NCBI GenBank assembly: GCA_973895155.1
Contig: OZ316895.1
Location: 23,448,558-23,512,557, forward strand
Length of the DNA: 64,000 nucleotides
Reading direction: 5' to 3'
Source: Marsupella aquatica
Lineage: Eukaryota; Plantae; Marchantiophyta
Every line of letters begins with the position of its first letter. Positions within the stretch are counted from its first letter, which is position 1. The notes under the pieces were generated by a model. The model ran no database searches and was not told where the DNA came from. It worked only from the letters and a program-made list of their open reading frames with translations. The position numbers and the translations under genes are program-made. Positions 12,828 to 24,539 of the stretch are shown here, piece after piece.

Positions 12828-13929
12828 GGTTGCTAAATAATGCTAGCCGCGTAAATAATGGGCATATATTCTCTTCCTTAATTTTGTTGAGAAGAATGCA
12901 CTGTCAAGATTTGTGCACGCTCATTATCAAAATTATCCTGGACTTTGACTACATTAAGTGAGAATACAAATCTCTTACTTAGGCCATTGAGTGTATTAAT
13001 CAAGGCCCTGTTACCAGAGCATTATGGGCAATAGTAGCCCCTCAAAATTCAAATTGCATTTCTCATTTTTGGGGGCCTTATATCCAGAATGCCTTGTATA
13101 CAGGACCTTAATGTATACTTAATATCATTGTGATTTTGCTCTTTGTAATTTTCAGGGATTTATTGGAGAAGAATGCACTGTCAAGGTTTGGATGGGCTCA
13201 TTATCAAAATTCTCATCTCTTGGACCAACAAAGGAATTCAGGTCCTTTTACCAGAGCATTATGAGCAAAAATAGCTGCCCCTCAAAACTCGAGTACGTGT
13301 ATACTTTATATGTAAAACATAAAATATTACAGATAATTTTTTGAAGGAATTTAAACACCAATTAGTGCTGTTTATCTAAGTGTATTGTGTATAACTACAT
13401 TCCATGGATAACTGGAGTGCCATCCAGTGTTCTCTCGATCTGGCCCAATGTGCCACAAATTCTATTCCAGAGTCATCTTCATGTAGAAATTGATTTACTT
13501 GGCTTCTGCACGTGGGCATATTGTCAGAATGAGAAAGAGAGAATGGGCTGTTCCACTTTGTTGGCTGACACGTGGCTAAATGGTGACCGTCGTCTGCCAT
13601 CCCCTTTTCGTACAAGATTGGAATTTGTTTTCTGTTGATTTGCTAGCGTAGGGTTGTAGACAATGGCTGTGGGCGGCTGTAGCCTCAACTTGTTTTTCAC
13701 TATCTTAAAAAATGCTAACAGGGTATTTTATATGGCCCTTGCAGCACCAGCCCAATCACCCTCCAGGAATACACATTTCTTATTTGAGAGTGATTACAGT
13801 TTTCTATGATGTGGCCAAATAGAGGCACAGGTTTAGCATAAGTAACTGGCACTTCTACTGGAGCAGATTGAGAAACCCAAATAAGACAACTTTGAGTTCA
13901 CACCAATGTATCAATTTGGTACACACTCA

Positions 13930-14285
13930 TAGGAGTCTCCAGAACCAACCTTTTTGGGGGGGATCTGACACAACCAACCATTGTACATATGGGGGCTTTC
14001 CTTTCTTAACGTTTCACTTCTTTTTTGTTTCTACTTTAATTTAGTGGTTGAATTATGTGATATGGATGATTCACTCTTCGCGAGACCGTATGTCTTCCAT
14101 GGTAGATCGACCTCCAAATCTAACACATCAGGTGCTACCATCATTGATGGGGCTGGGGACCTCCAATTTTCTCCACTGCTTATTAGCTTCTAAACTCATA
14201 TCCTGCCCCTCTCCTCATTTGCACTCGTACCTCGTCCCAATCATTTTGGGTTCCTTCTCTTTATTATTAGCCACTGTTTTCAGGA
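13930..14285 (-). pseudogene. Remnant of the kinase 3' tail and 3' flank
   Basis: DNA similarity to 8787-9245 (GAGTCTCCAGA.C.AACC.TTTT; TTATGTGATATGGAT; ATCTAACACA.CAGGTGCTA). Broken frames give KTVANNKEKEPKM (copy 1: KIAARIKEREPKM) and SPAPSMMVAPDVLD (8932-9177 ORF: SAAPGMTLAPGVLD). No kinase domain is present. Confidence 0.7.
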
Positions 14286-17200
14286 ACTGCTAAGGGGCTA
14301 ATTTTCCATCGGCATTATTGAGCAAGCCAAATGCCAGTGCTTTGCATAATTATCATAATGGTAATGAATGTGCTGTTGTTGTGGTTTTGTTATTGTTGGG
14401 TTAAGTGTTGTATACTGGGGTCACGTTGTCATTACACAAATATTGTGGTTGCAAAAATGGGTCATTGCATCTGAGTGTGTTATCAATACAAGAAAATATT
14501 TATGGTGAGAAAGACAATTGACACATAAGGCAAAGTTGAGAGCAGGTCACGACGAAGCCAGGCAAGTGTGAAGCGAGAGGCTAAACTATTAAGGGTTCAA
14601 GGGGAGTGCCCCTACTAAGCAATGAGATAGACTGCCTTGAGGTCTACTACATGGAGCCCCTACATCACCTGGCTACAACTGAAAGTTTTGGGTATTGTAC
14701 ACCCTGATAGTATATAATTATTTTTAACCCTATTAATTTGGAATATTAATAAAACCCTGTATATTCTTCTATATCTCCAATTTGGATTTAAAAGACTATC
14801 ATATTGTTACACAAATTTTTAAGTTTTCCCTTAATACCAATAAAATGAGCGTATGCCTTGTTGGTAAGTTTTCCCTTAAAACCAATAGAATGAGCATATA
14901 CCTTGTTGGAGGTGAAATGTTGTTTTGCAAAACTGAGACCCTAGAGCAAATTGCAGCCAAAGTCCCACGGCCAATTTGGAGGCTTGGGCAATGTGGGCAT
15001 TGAATTTGTTAGGAAATTAAAGGACTTAAGGTTTTTGACAGCCTGGGGGGTTCGATCACTATATGAAGCCTACCCCTACATAATTATTATCTTCTTGGAT
15101 ATGATTTTTTTTATCAGAGCTAGTAACAAGAGATCAATTGAAACAAATGTAGCAAGGGGTAAATTGCAATCAGGTTTGTGTTATTTCACAAAATTGGGGG
15201 CCCAGGGAATGGGCTCTAAAGTCCACAGTCATAAGTAAGTGAAGCCTTGGCAAATGTTCCAATTCTGACCAACTAAATTGCAAAGAAGCTTACAATTTCC
15301 AAGTGCAATGGACCTCCAGGTCCGGTTTACCAACAATTGCACATGATCCCATTGTAATGGGATCGCAAATCGAACTCCCATTGACAAACAATTGGACCCA
15401 CTTGTCCGATGTTAAAAAACTTGGAACAACTTCCCGGTTGCTAGCTTTTTTCTTGGGAATAGTTTTCCGTTTAACCACTAGTCAAATCATCCAATGTTAA
15501 TTGAATGGCAGCTTACAATTCTAGTTTGATTGAACTCGAAATAACAGGTGATCCAACTGTATTTGGACTGGACATAGGACTCAAGTTTTCTAAATTGAAG
15601 TTGCATGCGGTTTGTTTGGGATTGGGTTGGAATGTTTAAAACTTACTGTCCGATTGGTATTGAATTGAGAGTTACAATTCGTGTTAGATTGGACGGCTCT
15701 GTCGTAGATCAACTGTAATGGACTAAAATCTCTACATGGTTGGAAGACAAGAATCGGACCAGGTGCCAAAAGGGACTAATGTGATAGGGTGTAAAGTGCT
15801 CAATCCCCATGTCACAGTCCAGCGGGATAGCATGGTCAAAGCTCCTGTCCATCCGCGCCATCAATTTACACAATGAATTACAGGAATAAATACACAACGG
15901 CCACTACAATTACAAGAACAATGTAATCCCAGAATAAATACATAACGACTGCAAGTGCACCAACCACTACAGGTCCAGCCATTCATTGCATTCCATTCCT
16001 TTGCAGACATCTACAACTATAATATCTAATGCCGCCCTTTTTGGTCCTTCGCCCCTTTACAAAAACAGTCCCTTTACAAAAACAGATTTGGGCGGGAGTG
16101 ATGCAGAGCCATTAGATTGTTTAACACATTTTGGGAACCGTCGGATCACAAAATCATGCCCCTAATGCCAAATGCACCCTCTTTGATTGTTCACCAACTT
16201 TACCCAGGAGCATGTATCTTGGCATCCATGGCAGGAAGACAGATAGATCCTGGCCATGAAGTATGCCTTGATTTCCCTGACCAGGACAGGTGGAAATACA
16301 CCTTGCTTTCTGGGCATGGACAGTACTTTGCCTTCTGTCCTGTCCTAATTCCTGTGCATGTACTACAATCTTTGCCCAGTGTTGCACCTATTCTTTGCTT
16401 ACTTTGCCCAGCTCTAACTAGTTAACTAGTCCTTTTTTTAAATATTTTTTAATTAAAAAAAGTACACTTAGTGAAATCCCAGCAAGATCATGTAACCAAT
16501 ATATGTTCTTTCCTTGGTGGTTTCTTATTTCTAATATTCTTAACACATTTTCTAAAGTAACTAAAATCCAGATGTTGAAACTCCTAAATAACAAAAAATA
16601 ATTCATAGTTTCTCTCTTTTTTCTTCTTAACATTCTTGACACTTTTTTCTAATTTTTTTAAAGGGGATATAACTAAATTTCCCCCAGCAAAAGGGGCAAC
16701 CAATACTTTTCTGTTTTTGAGGGGTGAGGGGTTTTTGTTATCTTGAGGTGGTAAGTTTTTTCTAATGACCTAGAATTATTTTCATCCTGGCTAGCAGATA
16801 GGATATTTAGGGTTGCTTATTTGTTTGTTGACTCTGGCCATCCCATGTTGCATTTATTTGAGAGAGATAGAAGATTTTATCTGGCTGGGGCTAATCATCC
16901 ATGATCCTCCTCTCACTTTGCATTGGGTTGGTCCAGTGTCCAATTGGGTTCTCCCATTTCTTGGGCGTTTTTATGGGAAGTTCAATTTATGTTTCCCTCC
17001 CCTGTCCCGTTGTGTTATTAATTTACTTCCATGTTCATAGAATCTGTGCCTTTGCCACCACACTTTTTTTACCTTTTGCTTTGACCATTTCATTCACAAC
17101 ATGGATCCAAATGGCAATACTTGAATCACACAGGGAATCACAATGACTACATATTCAAAATGACAACACTATTGTCCAACACAGTTTTCACGTGACAAAT

Positions 17201-17339
17201 ATTCCACTACGTTCCCTTTGCAAGTGATTTATTGGACTATATTTCATGATCTACCATTTAGCTACAATCTTCCAGCAACCACAGCACTTACTCTTGAAAA
17301 AAATATTTCCACTCAACTCCATTTCCTTTGCAAGTGATT

Positions 17340-17852
17340 TGTTGGACAATATTTTATAATCTACCATTTAGCTACAATCTTCCCAGCAACCACAATACTT
17401 GCTCTTGAAAACACTTCCTCTTTGATAACATTTTAACTTTGTCAACAACACTTCTTAACAACATGAACAGATTGACCCAAAGGCAAGATTGAACCACAAC
17501 AACAATATTATCAAAGTTACAACAACTCTTCTTTACAATATCACTTTTACTTGACATCTTTTATCACCTTGACATATTTTCTCTCCTTGGTATCTTTTAT
17601 CACCTCAACGACATCTTTTCTCTCCTTTGACATCTTAGTTTTATCACCGGCCTCAACATCTTTTGCTCACCTCGATACCTTTTATCACCTCAACATCTTT
17701 TCTCTCCTTGAAATCTTTTATCACCATGACATCGTTTATCACCTCGCATCTTTTGCTCACCTCAACATCTTTCTTCTCTTTAACATCTTTTCTCTTCTCG
17801 ACATCTTTTATCATCTTGACATCTTTTGTGCAATGCACAGGCATAAGGTTAG
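17340..17852 (+). mobile_element. Helitron-like 3' portion with degenerate GACATCTTT minisatellite
   Basis: An array of ACATCTTTT-based units ends in TTTTGTGCAATGCACAGGCATAAGGTTAG|T. This is a decayed version of the hairpin-plus-CTAG end at 25815-25842. The 5' end was not located. Confidence 0.6.
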
Positions 17853-19550
17853 TGTACAATAATTAACAACAAAGAATTTGTCACAAACACCATAACACCG
17901 TGGCATGGGGAACTATAGACATGCTCACTAATGAACCTAAACATATCGTTACGTACAACCCTAACCCTGGGAACTAGAAACTAGCTAAGAGAACTTTCTA
18001 ATTACACACCCACACAATATAACAAAGGCAAGTAGCTCCGCATCATCAAGGGAGACCGTCTGAGGCGCGCGGAAGTCGCTGGAGTTTAGAAATATTTAAT
18101 CCAAGTAACCTGGTTGGTGTCCAATAATACCTCACAAAGCATGATACCTTGCTGTGCAGTTCAGACGTACGCTTCAAACTGAAGGTCTCATACAAAAGTG
18201 AACATCAACACTGCAGGTAAGACACGTATTGGCGGTACGTGCACAATGGTAATGGAATCCACAGGCACAGGCAACGATGGGCACTTACCTTGCTTTGGCA
18301 CCCCCATATCGTTGCAATCTCTCAGCTGAGACGACGATTCGGCGCTGTATATTCCCTCTTGATCGCTGCTGTGAACATCAATCCCTATATGTCAATTCCC
18401 TCCATATATGCTCCTTTACCTAGATCAGTACAGTATCATCCAAACCTTCGTAAGAGCCCGGACAAGAGGATCCAATTACCAAGCTAGCTAACTTTGAGAT
18501 TGCCTTTCGTTCAGAGCAACAGCATGACGAAGTCACAGTTGCTGTGCGGTCGAGGCAATCTAAGAAACGCTTTCAGAAAATCTACGCCAGCCCCGCAAGT
18601 CGATGGAAACGTACACCGGCCGTGCTTCCATTTCTGGAACGAGTTCTGGAAGGCCAGAGGCATGCGTGATAGGCTGTTAGTGCGTTGACGTCCTGCGTCG
18701 CCAGTCATTCTCGACATGCAATCTATCGATGCAACTTCTCAGCCGAGAGTGCGTCTCTCTTAATTTGGTGACTATTCCTCTCAGCGATCCCTCCCGCAAA
18801 CATCACTCTCGTTCTAGTCAGCCCCTTCTGTGTATCGACCTTCCTGATTCGTGTTCCTGCTAAACGATCCGTAGAAGGCCTCAACTCAGGGACGCGAGGC
18901 TCTGAAGAGCTCGTCTAGTGTAGCTTCCATCCCCGAAGTCGAATCCCAACTCAGAGTTTATTGCGATCTGCACAGTACATGCACACGAATCGTTTGACAA
19001 AGTCTGAAAAGTAGAGAGTGTTAATTATACAGTCAGTCCACAGTACAGCACTGGACTGTTGAATAACTACAGTAGATTCCGCTGATAAGCGTACGACAAG
19101 TCATCACTCAATTTTTTAGGTATTTTCCCTCATAGGCACGAGTTTCGGATATTTGTGATACCACACATTAATCAAGGATATTGGGCTGCTAAAACTAGCT
19201 GAGCAAATAATGGGCATTTTCATCCTCAATATGTTGAAGAAATGCACCCTCAAGTTTGGATGGGCTCGTTATCAAAATTCTGCTCGACTTTGACTACTGT
19301 AGATGTAATGAAAATAGAAATATTTTAGACCTTAATGGCTTATGATCCTGTCACCAGAGCATTATGGGCAATAATAATTATCAAAGGGGTTACCAAAGCA
19401 TTATGAGCAAAAATAATTATCAACGCATTGTGGGCAATAATAGTCACTCAAAACTCTGATGAGACATTATCAAAATTCTCTTACACTTTTACTAGACTTA
19501 CAATAAAAATAGCTTAGGCCTGTAAGTGCATTCAGGTCCTGTTATCAGAG
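17853..19550 (-). pseudogene. Truncated kinase paralog (copy 4): upstream region, first coding segment and intron only
   Basis: First coding segment 18307-18289 (ATG GGG GTG CCA AAG CAA G|gtaagt). Intron homology runs down to 17856 (ACAATAATTAACAACAAA, same as 27139 next to the copy 2 acceptor). Upstream homology to 11750-13300. The acceptor and kinase exon are missing. Confidence 0.8.
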
Positions 19551-19759
19551 TGATGCCCTAACTGATTGATAGTGGTGAGGTTGTTTCTCGTGTTTACCAG
19601 TGTGCACCTTATTTGAGCCCAATCCCATGGCATCACTGTCCCTGCAACTTGCTCACAGTTACATGAAATCTGATTGTCAGGCAAGCTTGTCAACTCCCTA
19701 CAATACCTAATACATGATCATCTCACTTATACTTGACAACACTCTCTCACTCTCTGCAA

Positions 19760-21570
19760 CTTGTCAATTCCCTGGAACTTGGAATATACACATACTTTAT
19801 ACAGAAAAAGGCCAAATAGAGTACAAAAGAATAAACAAGAGAGGTCCCAAGTGGACAAAACCAAACGCAAAAGAAGTGAGCAAAAGGAAACCCTAAAAAC
19901 CAAGAAAGAGGAACTAAAAGAAGTGAGCAAAAGGAAACCCCTAAAAACCAAGAAAGAGGAACTAAAACTACCGCAAATGGACCGAGGTCCTCATCATACC
20001 TAGCAAATGTGGCAACAAGCTAGTGGTCTACATCAAGTGTCGAAACTAGATCGGCAAGTGGGACAGGAATGTCCTCTAGGGGGGCTAGCCGCTGCGGAGT
20101 CACACTAGCACCCATTGTCAGAGATCGACGATAGACGGCCCGAGCTTGAGCACGCTGTAAGGTGACTGAAATGCGTTGGCAAAAGTGCGTGGTCAAAAAA
20201 GATAGCGGGGGCCCGGTGGGACCCATCCGGCCGTGAACATCCCGAGCAGCTTGGCGAAGAAGCCCGTCAACTGATGATGGAGACGCCCAAATATCTCAAG
20301 AGCAAGGGGCAGGAAGCTATCAGATGAAGCTCGTGCAGCATATTTGGCCTCCTTCACTGTTGCTGCTCGTGATGCTGCTGCCCCTGCCGTTGTTGCCGCT
20401 GTCCCAATGATGTCTTGGCTCAATGGGTTTGCCACCACTACATTTGCCAAAGTACGGTGACCGTCACGGACCATGGTAAGATCCACCCGTAACCGCTGTG
20501 ATGGAGGACCAGGTAACTCGAGCACCACCTCCCGCCGCGCGCAGACCAAAGAGCCAGAGAGAACCTGAGCAGTCGCATCTCTCACAGCGTCGTGAACAAA
20601 AATGGTTTCGCCGCCCAAACTGCATCGAAGAAGATGGACACCTGTGGCATCACAAGGCTTCCCACAAGTGCAAGTAGGAGGTAAACCAGCAAGAAGTGGG
20701 TGGGGCAAGCCCATACGAAGACGCATGGCTGTCGCAAACTCCGCTGAAGACATCTGCAGGTGAGGAATGACTGGATTGGCCTGAAGCCAGCCTCCTGCAC
20801 CCTTCCCTCCGGAAGAAAGAATCCGAGCTCGGTCCGTGTCAGGTGCCTCGGTGAGGATGCTGGAAAGGGTGAAAGCGTGCATACGCCCAACAAGGTCTGC
20901 CTGAAGACGGACGGGGTCCAAGGATAAAAACTCCTGGAATGAAGGTAACGCAGCTCGAACAGGATCGGGTAATGATGACCGCGCCGTGCGCAAATGAACC
21001 TGAAATGGGAGGGAACCCTCCTCGACCTCCATGAGAGATGAAAGTAAAAAAGGTCGATCCTCAGTAAGGAAACGATCTGCCAACAATGAGAAGGCGGCCG
21101 CCCACGCGCCCAAGAAGGCCAAAGGTGCAAGGCGCTCAGTGGAAGTAAGCCCAAAACCACCGTGAGAAATAGGAAGACTGAGCTGTCGATGAAGCCACGG
21201 AGATGAGAGTAAAGTACCTGGCCCTAAAAGAGAGGCCAAAGTCTCACGAATGGAGACATCAAACGCTCGGAGGTGTAGATAAAGATCCTCGGTAGGGGGA
21301 TGTGTCCGAGCCAAATAGGACGCTCGAGGGTGGATGCATCTCAACAACAACCCAAATGCTGCCTGAGAGTCTGCTAACTTAGGGAGCATAGGAGTAGGGG
21401 CTAAGGCAGCCTGGAGAGCGTCAGCAATGAAAGATGAGCAAAAGGAGGCGGTACCGACTGGGGAGCCAAGGACCCGAAGACCATCGGCAGGACGTAAGAA
21501 CCCAGGGGGAAGCGCAAGATCAGAGGGTAACCCAGCTGGACTCCATGCACGACTCTTCAGCTCCATGCAT
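19760..21570 (-). mobile_element. 5'-truncated non-LTR retrotransposon of restriction-like-endonuclease (CRE-like) type
   Basis: ORF 20193-21566 has late RT/thumb motifs (GLRVLGSPVG, LPISHGGFGL), then WLQANP...EFATAMRLRMG, a CxC..H..C knuckle (CTCGKPCDATGVHLLRC), HDAVRD, RVDL..LANV and KEAKY..FLPLALEIFG. The C-terminal QRISVTLQRAQA lies in a shifted frame (20020-20226). The catalytic YxDD motif is not present. Confidence 0.8.
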
Positions 21571-22287
21571 GGAACTCCTCATTACAAGACCATCTCAGTT
21601 ATACTGGACAACACTTTACAACAATTACACTGTCAACATTAGAACAGTCATTCAACCACTATAATATGGGATCCCGTCAAATATCCCCATGTTTGCTTAC
21701 AAAATTGAAAAGGGAGAAAACAAGCAGGTATGGTCTGATTTATTTCAGTTTTTGACACCCTTGGATTGACTACAAAGGTGCATGCCCGAGACATCTACTG
21801 GCATGGCTTTTGAGGTAAGTAGGTACAAGATACTGACATACCATTGCGGCCACTATCAATCAAGTACTCTCTAAAGCACTCCATATAAAATACTTCATGA
21901 CAGTACCATGCATGGCGGCCCCTAGATGAGAAGTACCTTGGTATGAGATGTTTTACCTTTGGGTATATAGCTCCTAGATGAAAAATACATTCCTATGGAA
22001 GATTTGTTTGCATTTTGCTATAGAGAGGTTGATTTAAAAAAAAAAAATATTGGGGGGGGGGGGGGGGGGGGGAGGCGGGAAGAAAGGCAGCAAGGGAGGG
22101 AGCAACAGAAAAACAAGAGAAAGGGAGGGTGCGGTGAGGGATAAAGGAGAGAGGAAAAAAAATTGGAAAATTAAACTTGTTCCCCTCACCTAGTGCAATG
22201 TAAGGACGATGACACATATGATGCTTTAAGATCTTCCTTGTTTCACATGCATTTTTTGGCCTTGCCTTCACTTTCTTGTCTCATGAT

Positions 22288-22448
22288 TTGCATTTTTTTA
22301 ACATTGTGTGAATTGTTTTGTCTCCAGAATCTTTGTCTCATCTCACATCTTTGACTCACCTTAACATTTGCATTTTTTTAACATTGTGTGAATTTTTGTG
22401 TCTTCTGAATCTTTGTCTCATCTCACATCTTTGACTCATCTTAACATC
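22288..22448. repeat. Two-copy tandem duplication (~80 bp)
   Basis: TTTGCATTTTTTTAACATTGTGTGAATT...GAATCTTTGTCTCATCTCACATCTTTGACTCA.CTTAACAT occurs twice. Confidence 0.85.
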
Positions 22449-22868
22449 TTACGCGTCATATCTTATGCGCAATGGAGTAAAATTGGACTAGACAATTCAA
22501 TTATAAAACTAGCCCACAACATGTTCAATCCTGGCTTATCCTCAGATGCCATGCGTACTAACTTAATATATTAATTATCAAGTGAGCACCTCCTTTTGCA
22601 AATTTTTTCTATGCCTGCACATGCCTTCCGTACCAACTCCATTAAAAGATAACGACACCCTCCTCTTTTTGGACTTTTGCAATATACGCGCTCACCACCA
22701 CTGTAACACGAGCACATCATTATTCTAGCGTGACTCTTCATCTTCCACTTGAATACTTTTCTATTTAAAGTGCCTAGCCTCAACTATGAATAGAAAAGTA
22801 TAAATATTGCCAAAATATATACTTTACTCACATTCTTTGAAGGTTGAAAAAACCATCATGTATGCCAA

Positions 22869-23062
22869 TTATTTATATTATACTATATTTTTTTCTATGC
22901 ACATGTCTCTTTCTATGTTCATATGTTATGGTGTGGATATATAATTATTTTTTTTATGAAAATAAATTATTTATATTATACTATATTCTTTTTTATGCAC
23001 ATGTCTCTTTCTATGTACATATGTTATGGTGTGGATATATAAATTTTTTTTTATGAAAATAA
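22869..23062. repeat. Two-copy AT-rich tandem duplication (~98 bp)
   Basis: TTATTTATATTATACTATATT...ATGCACATGTCTCTTTCTATGT.CATATGTTATGGTGTGGATATAT...TTTTTATGAAAATAAA occurs twice. Confidence 0.85.
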
Positions 23063-24539
23063 AAATCATGACAAATGTATGATTATCATTTGACATCCTA
23101 AACTATAATACACAGTTGTGCCAAAAAATGACCTGGTCCTCATTCAAATATGGAGTGTCCTTTTGGGTGATAATAATTGAAATCTATAAATATGGAACCA
23201 ATAAGGGGAAAAAAATGAAAAAACCTGGTACAGGGCAGGGTGTACACAAACTAGGTACACAAAGATGCACAAGACAGGTACTATTGTACTTTCAGGTATA
23301 GAATATGAGCTCATTACTCTTGGGAGCCCAGGTACAAGGTACAAAAGGGATAGAGGTACTCTAGAGAGGTACAGTTGTACCAGTAGAGTACAACTTACTT
23401 TTAAGAGAAAGGGAGGAGCCTAGCTTCTTTCCCTTTGGAGTTTAAAGTTCTCTATTCCAAGCCTATGTGAGCTCATAAGGGCTCTTGGCATTTAATGAGA
23501 ACTTTTAAGCAACAACAACTACTGAATGGCCAGAAGAGGGAGAGTGAAGAGGAAGCGATGATAACTCACTCCTGACACGACCCTGGCCCTAGCCTCTATC
23601 CAATAAATGTATTTTTTTTGGTGCAAGCTTTTGCCAAATTCTATCTCCCCAAAATGTGTTCATCACTTTTGCTGCCACTTTTGGCAAAAATTTGCTAGAT
23701 TTTTTGCATACCATTGGCCACTCTCCCACCAAATCATGGACCTCATTTGCCAAAATCTAACCGTTATATGTAAATCTAGGGATATCTGACGAATAGGATA
23801 TAATTCAAGAAAAATTGTGGAAGAATACTCCTAGCATCTCCTACCTTTGAGAGGCTGACATTTGCCACATTGGCTAAAAACAAAAAATTAATGTTTTAAA
23901 CCCGGAACCCCAAAGTCCCATCTCCAACCCTAACTCAATCCTGCCCTGGGTTCCAACTCCCCAACAACCCCTCAGTTGTTGTTATGCTTGCCACTTTGTT
24001 TACCACAGGAAGAGGCATGGGGTGGGGGCCAAGTTGGTCTGGGGGTGGCAGGTCCTCCAATATTGGAAAGTGTTGCAAACCACACCACTATCCCAAGGGG
24101 GCATGGTATTGGCGACTAAGGAGCCGAGTAAACTTGGATGAGGTTACCAAAGGGGTTCCATGCAAGGGGTAGGCAAATTGTTTTGTTGAAAAGTGGGCTG
24201 AGTCGTGTCATTGCCTCAAGGGGAATTGGCGTTGGGGCGGCCAAAGCCAAGAAAGCGGCCGTAGTCAACTTTAATCAAACTAAGCTTAAAGTAACCAAAA
24301 AATTGGGGTTACTAATGAGGTAGGGAAAGGGCCATTGAAAAGTCAGCCAAGCAGCGCCGTTACCCTAGGGGGTCTCGACATCGGGGCAGACAACGCCAAT
24401 TAAGCTATTGCGGCGACTTTAAGTAAGAAGTTTTAAGTAAGCGGCCAATGATGGTAACTTTCAGCAAAAAGCTTAATAACGTAACAAAAACTTTGGGGTT
24501 ATCAATGGGGCTTCAGGATGCAAGGGGTGGCAAAAAAGT

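Noticed and set aside
17551-17866. Repetitive ORFs (KDVK.../TSF...) here and at 25233-25952
   Set aside because: They arise from the GACATCTTT minisatellite being open in several frames. There is no evidence of a real protein.
22036-22075. A12 run followed by a G21 homopolymer
   Set aside because: Simple sequence in a TE-rich region whose length is prone to error. No functional context.
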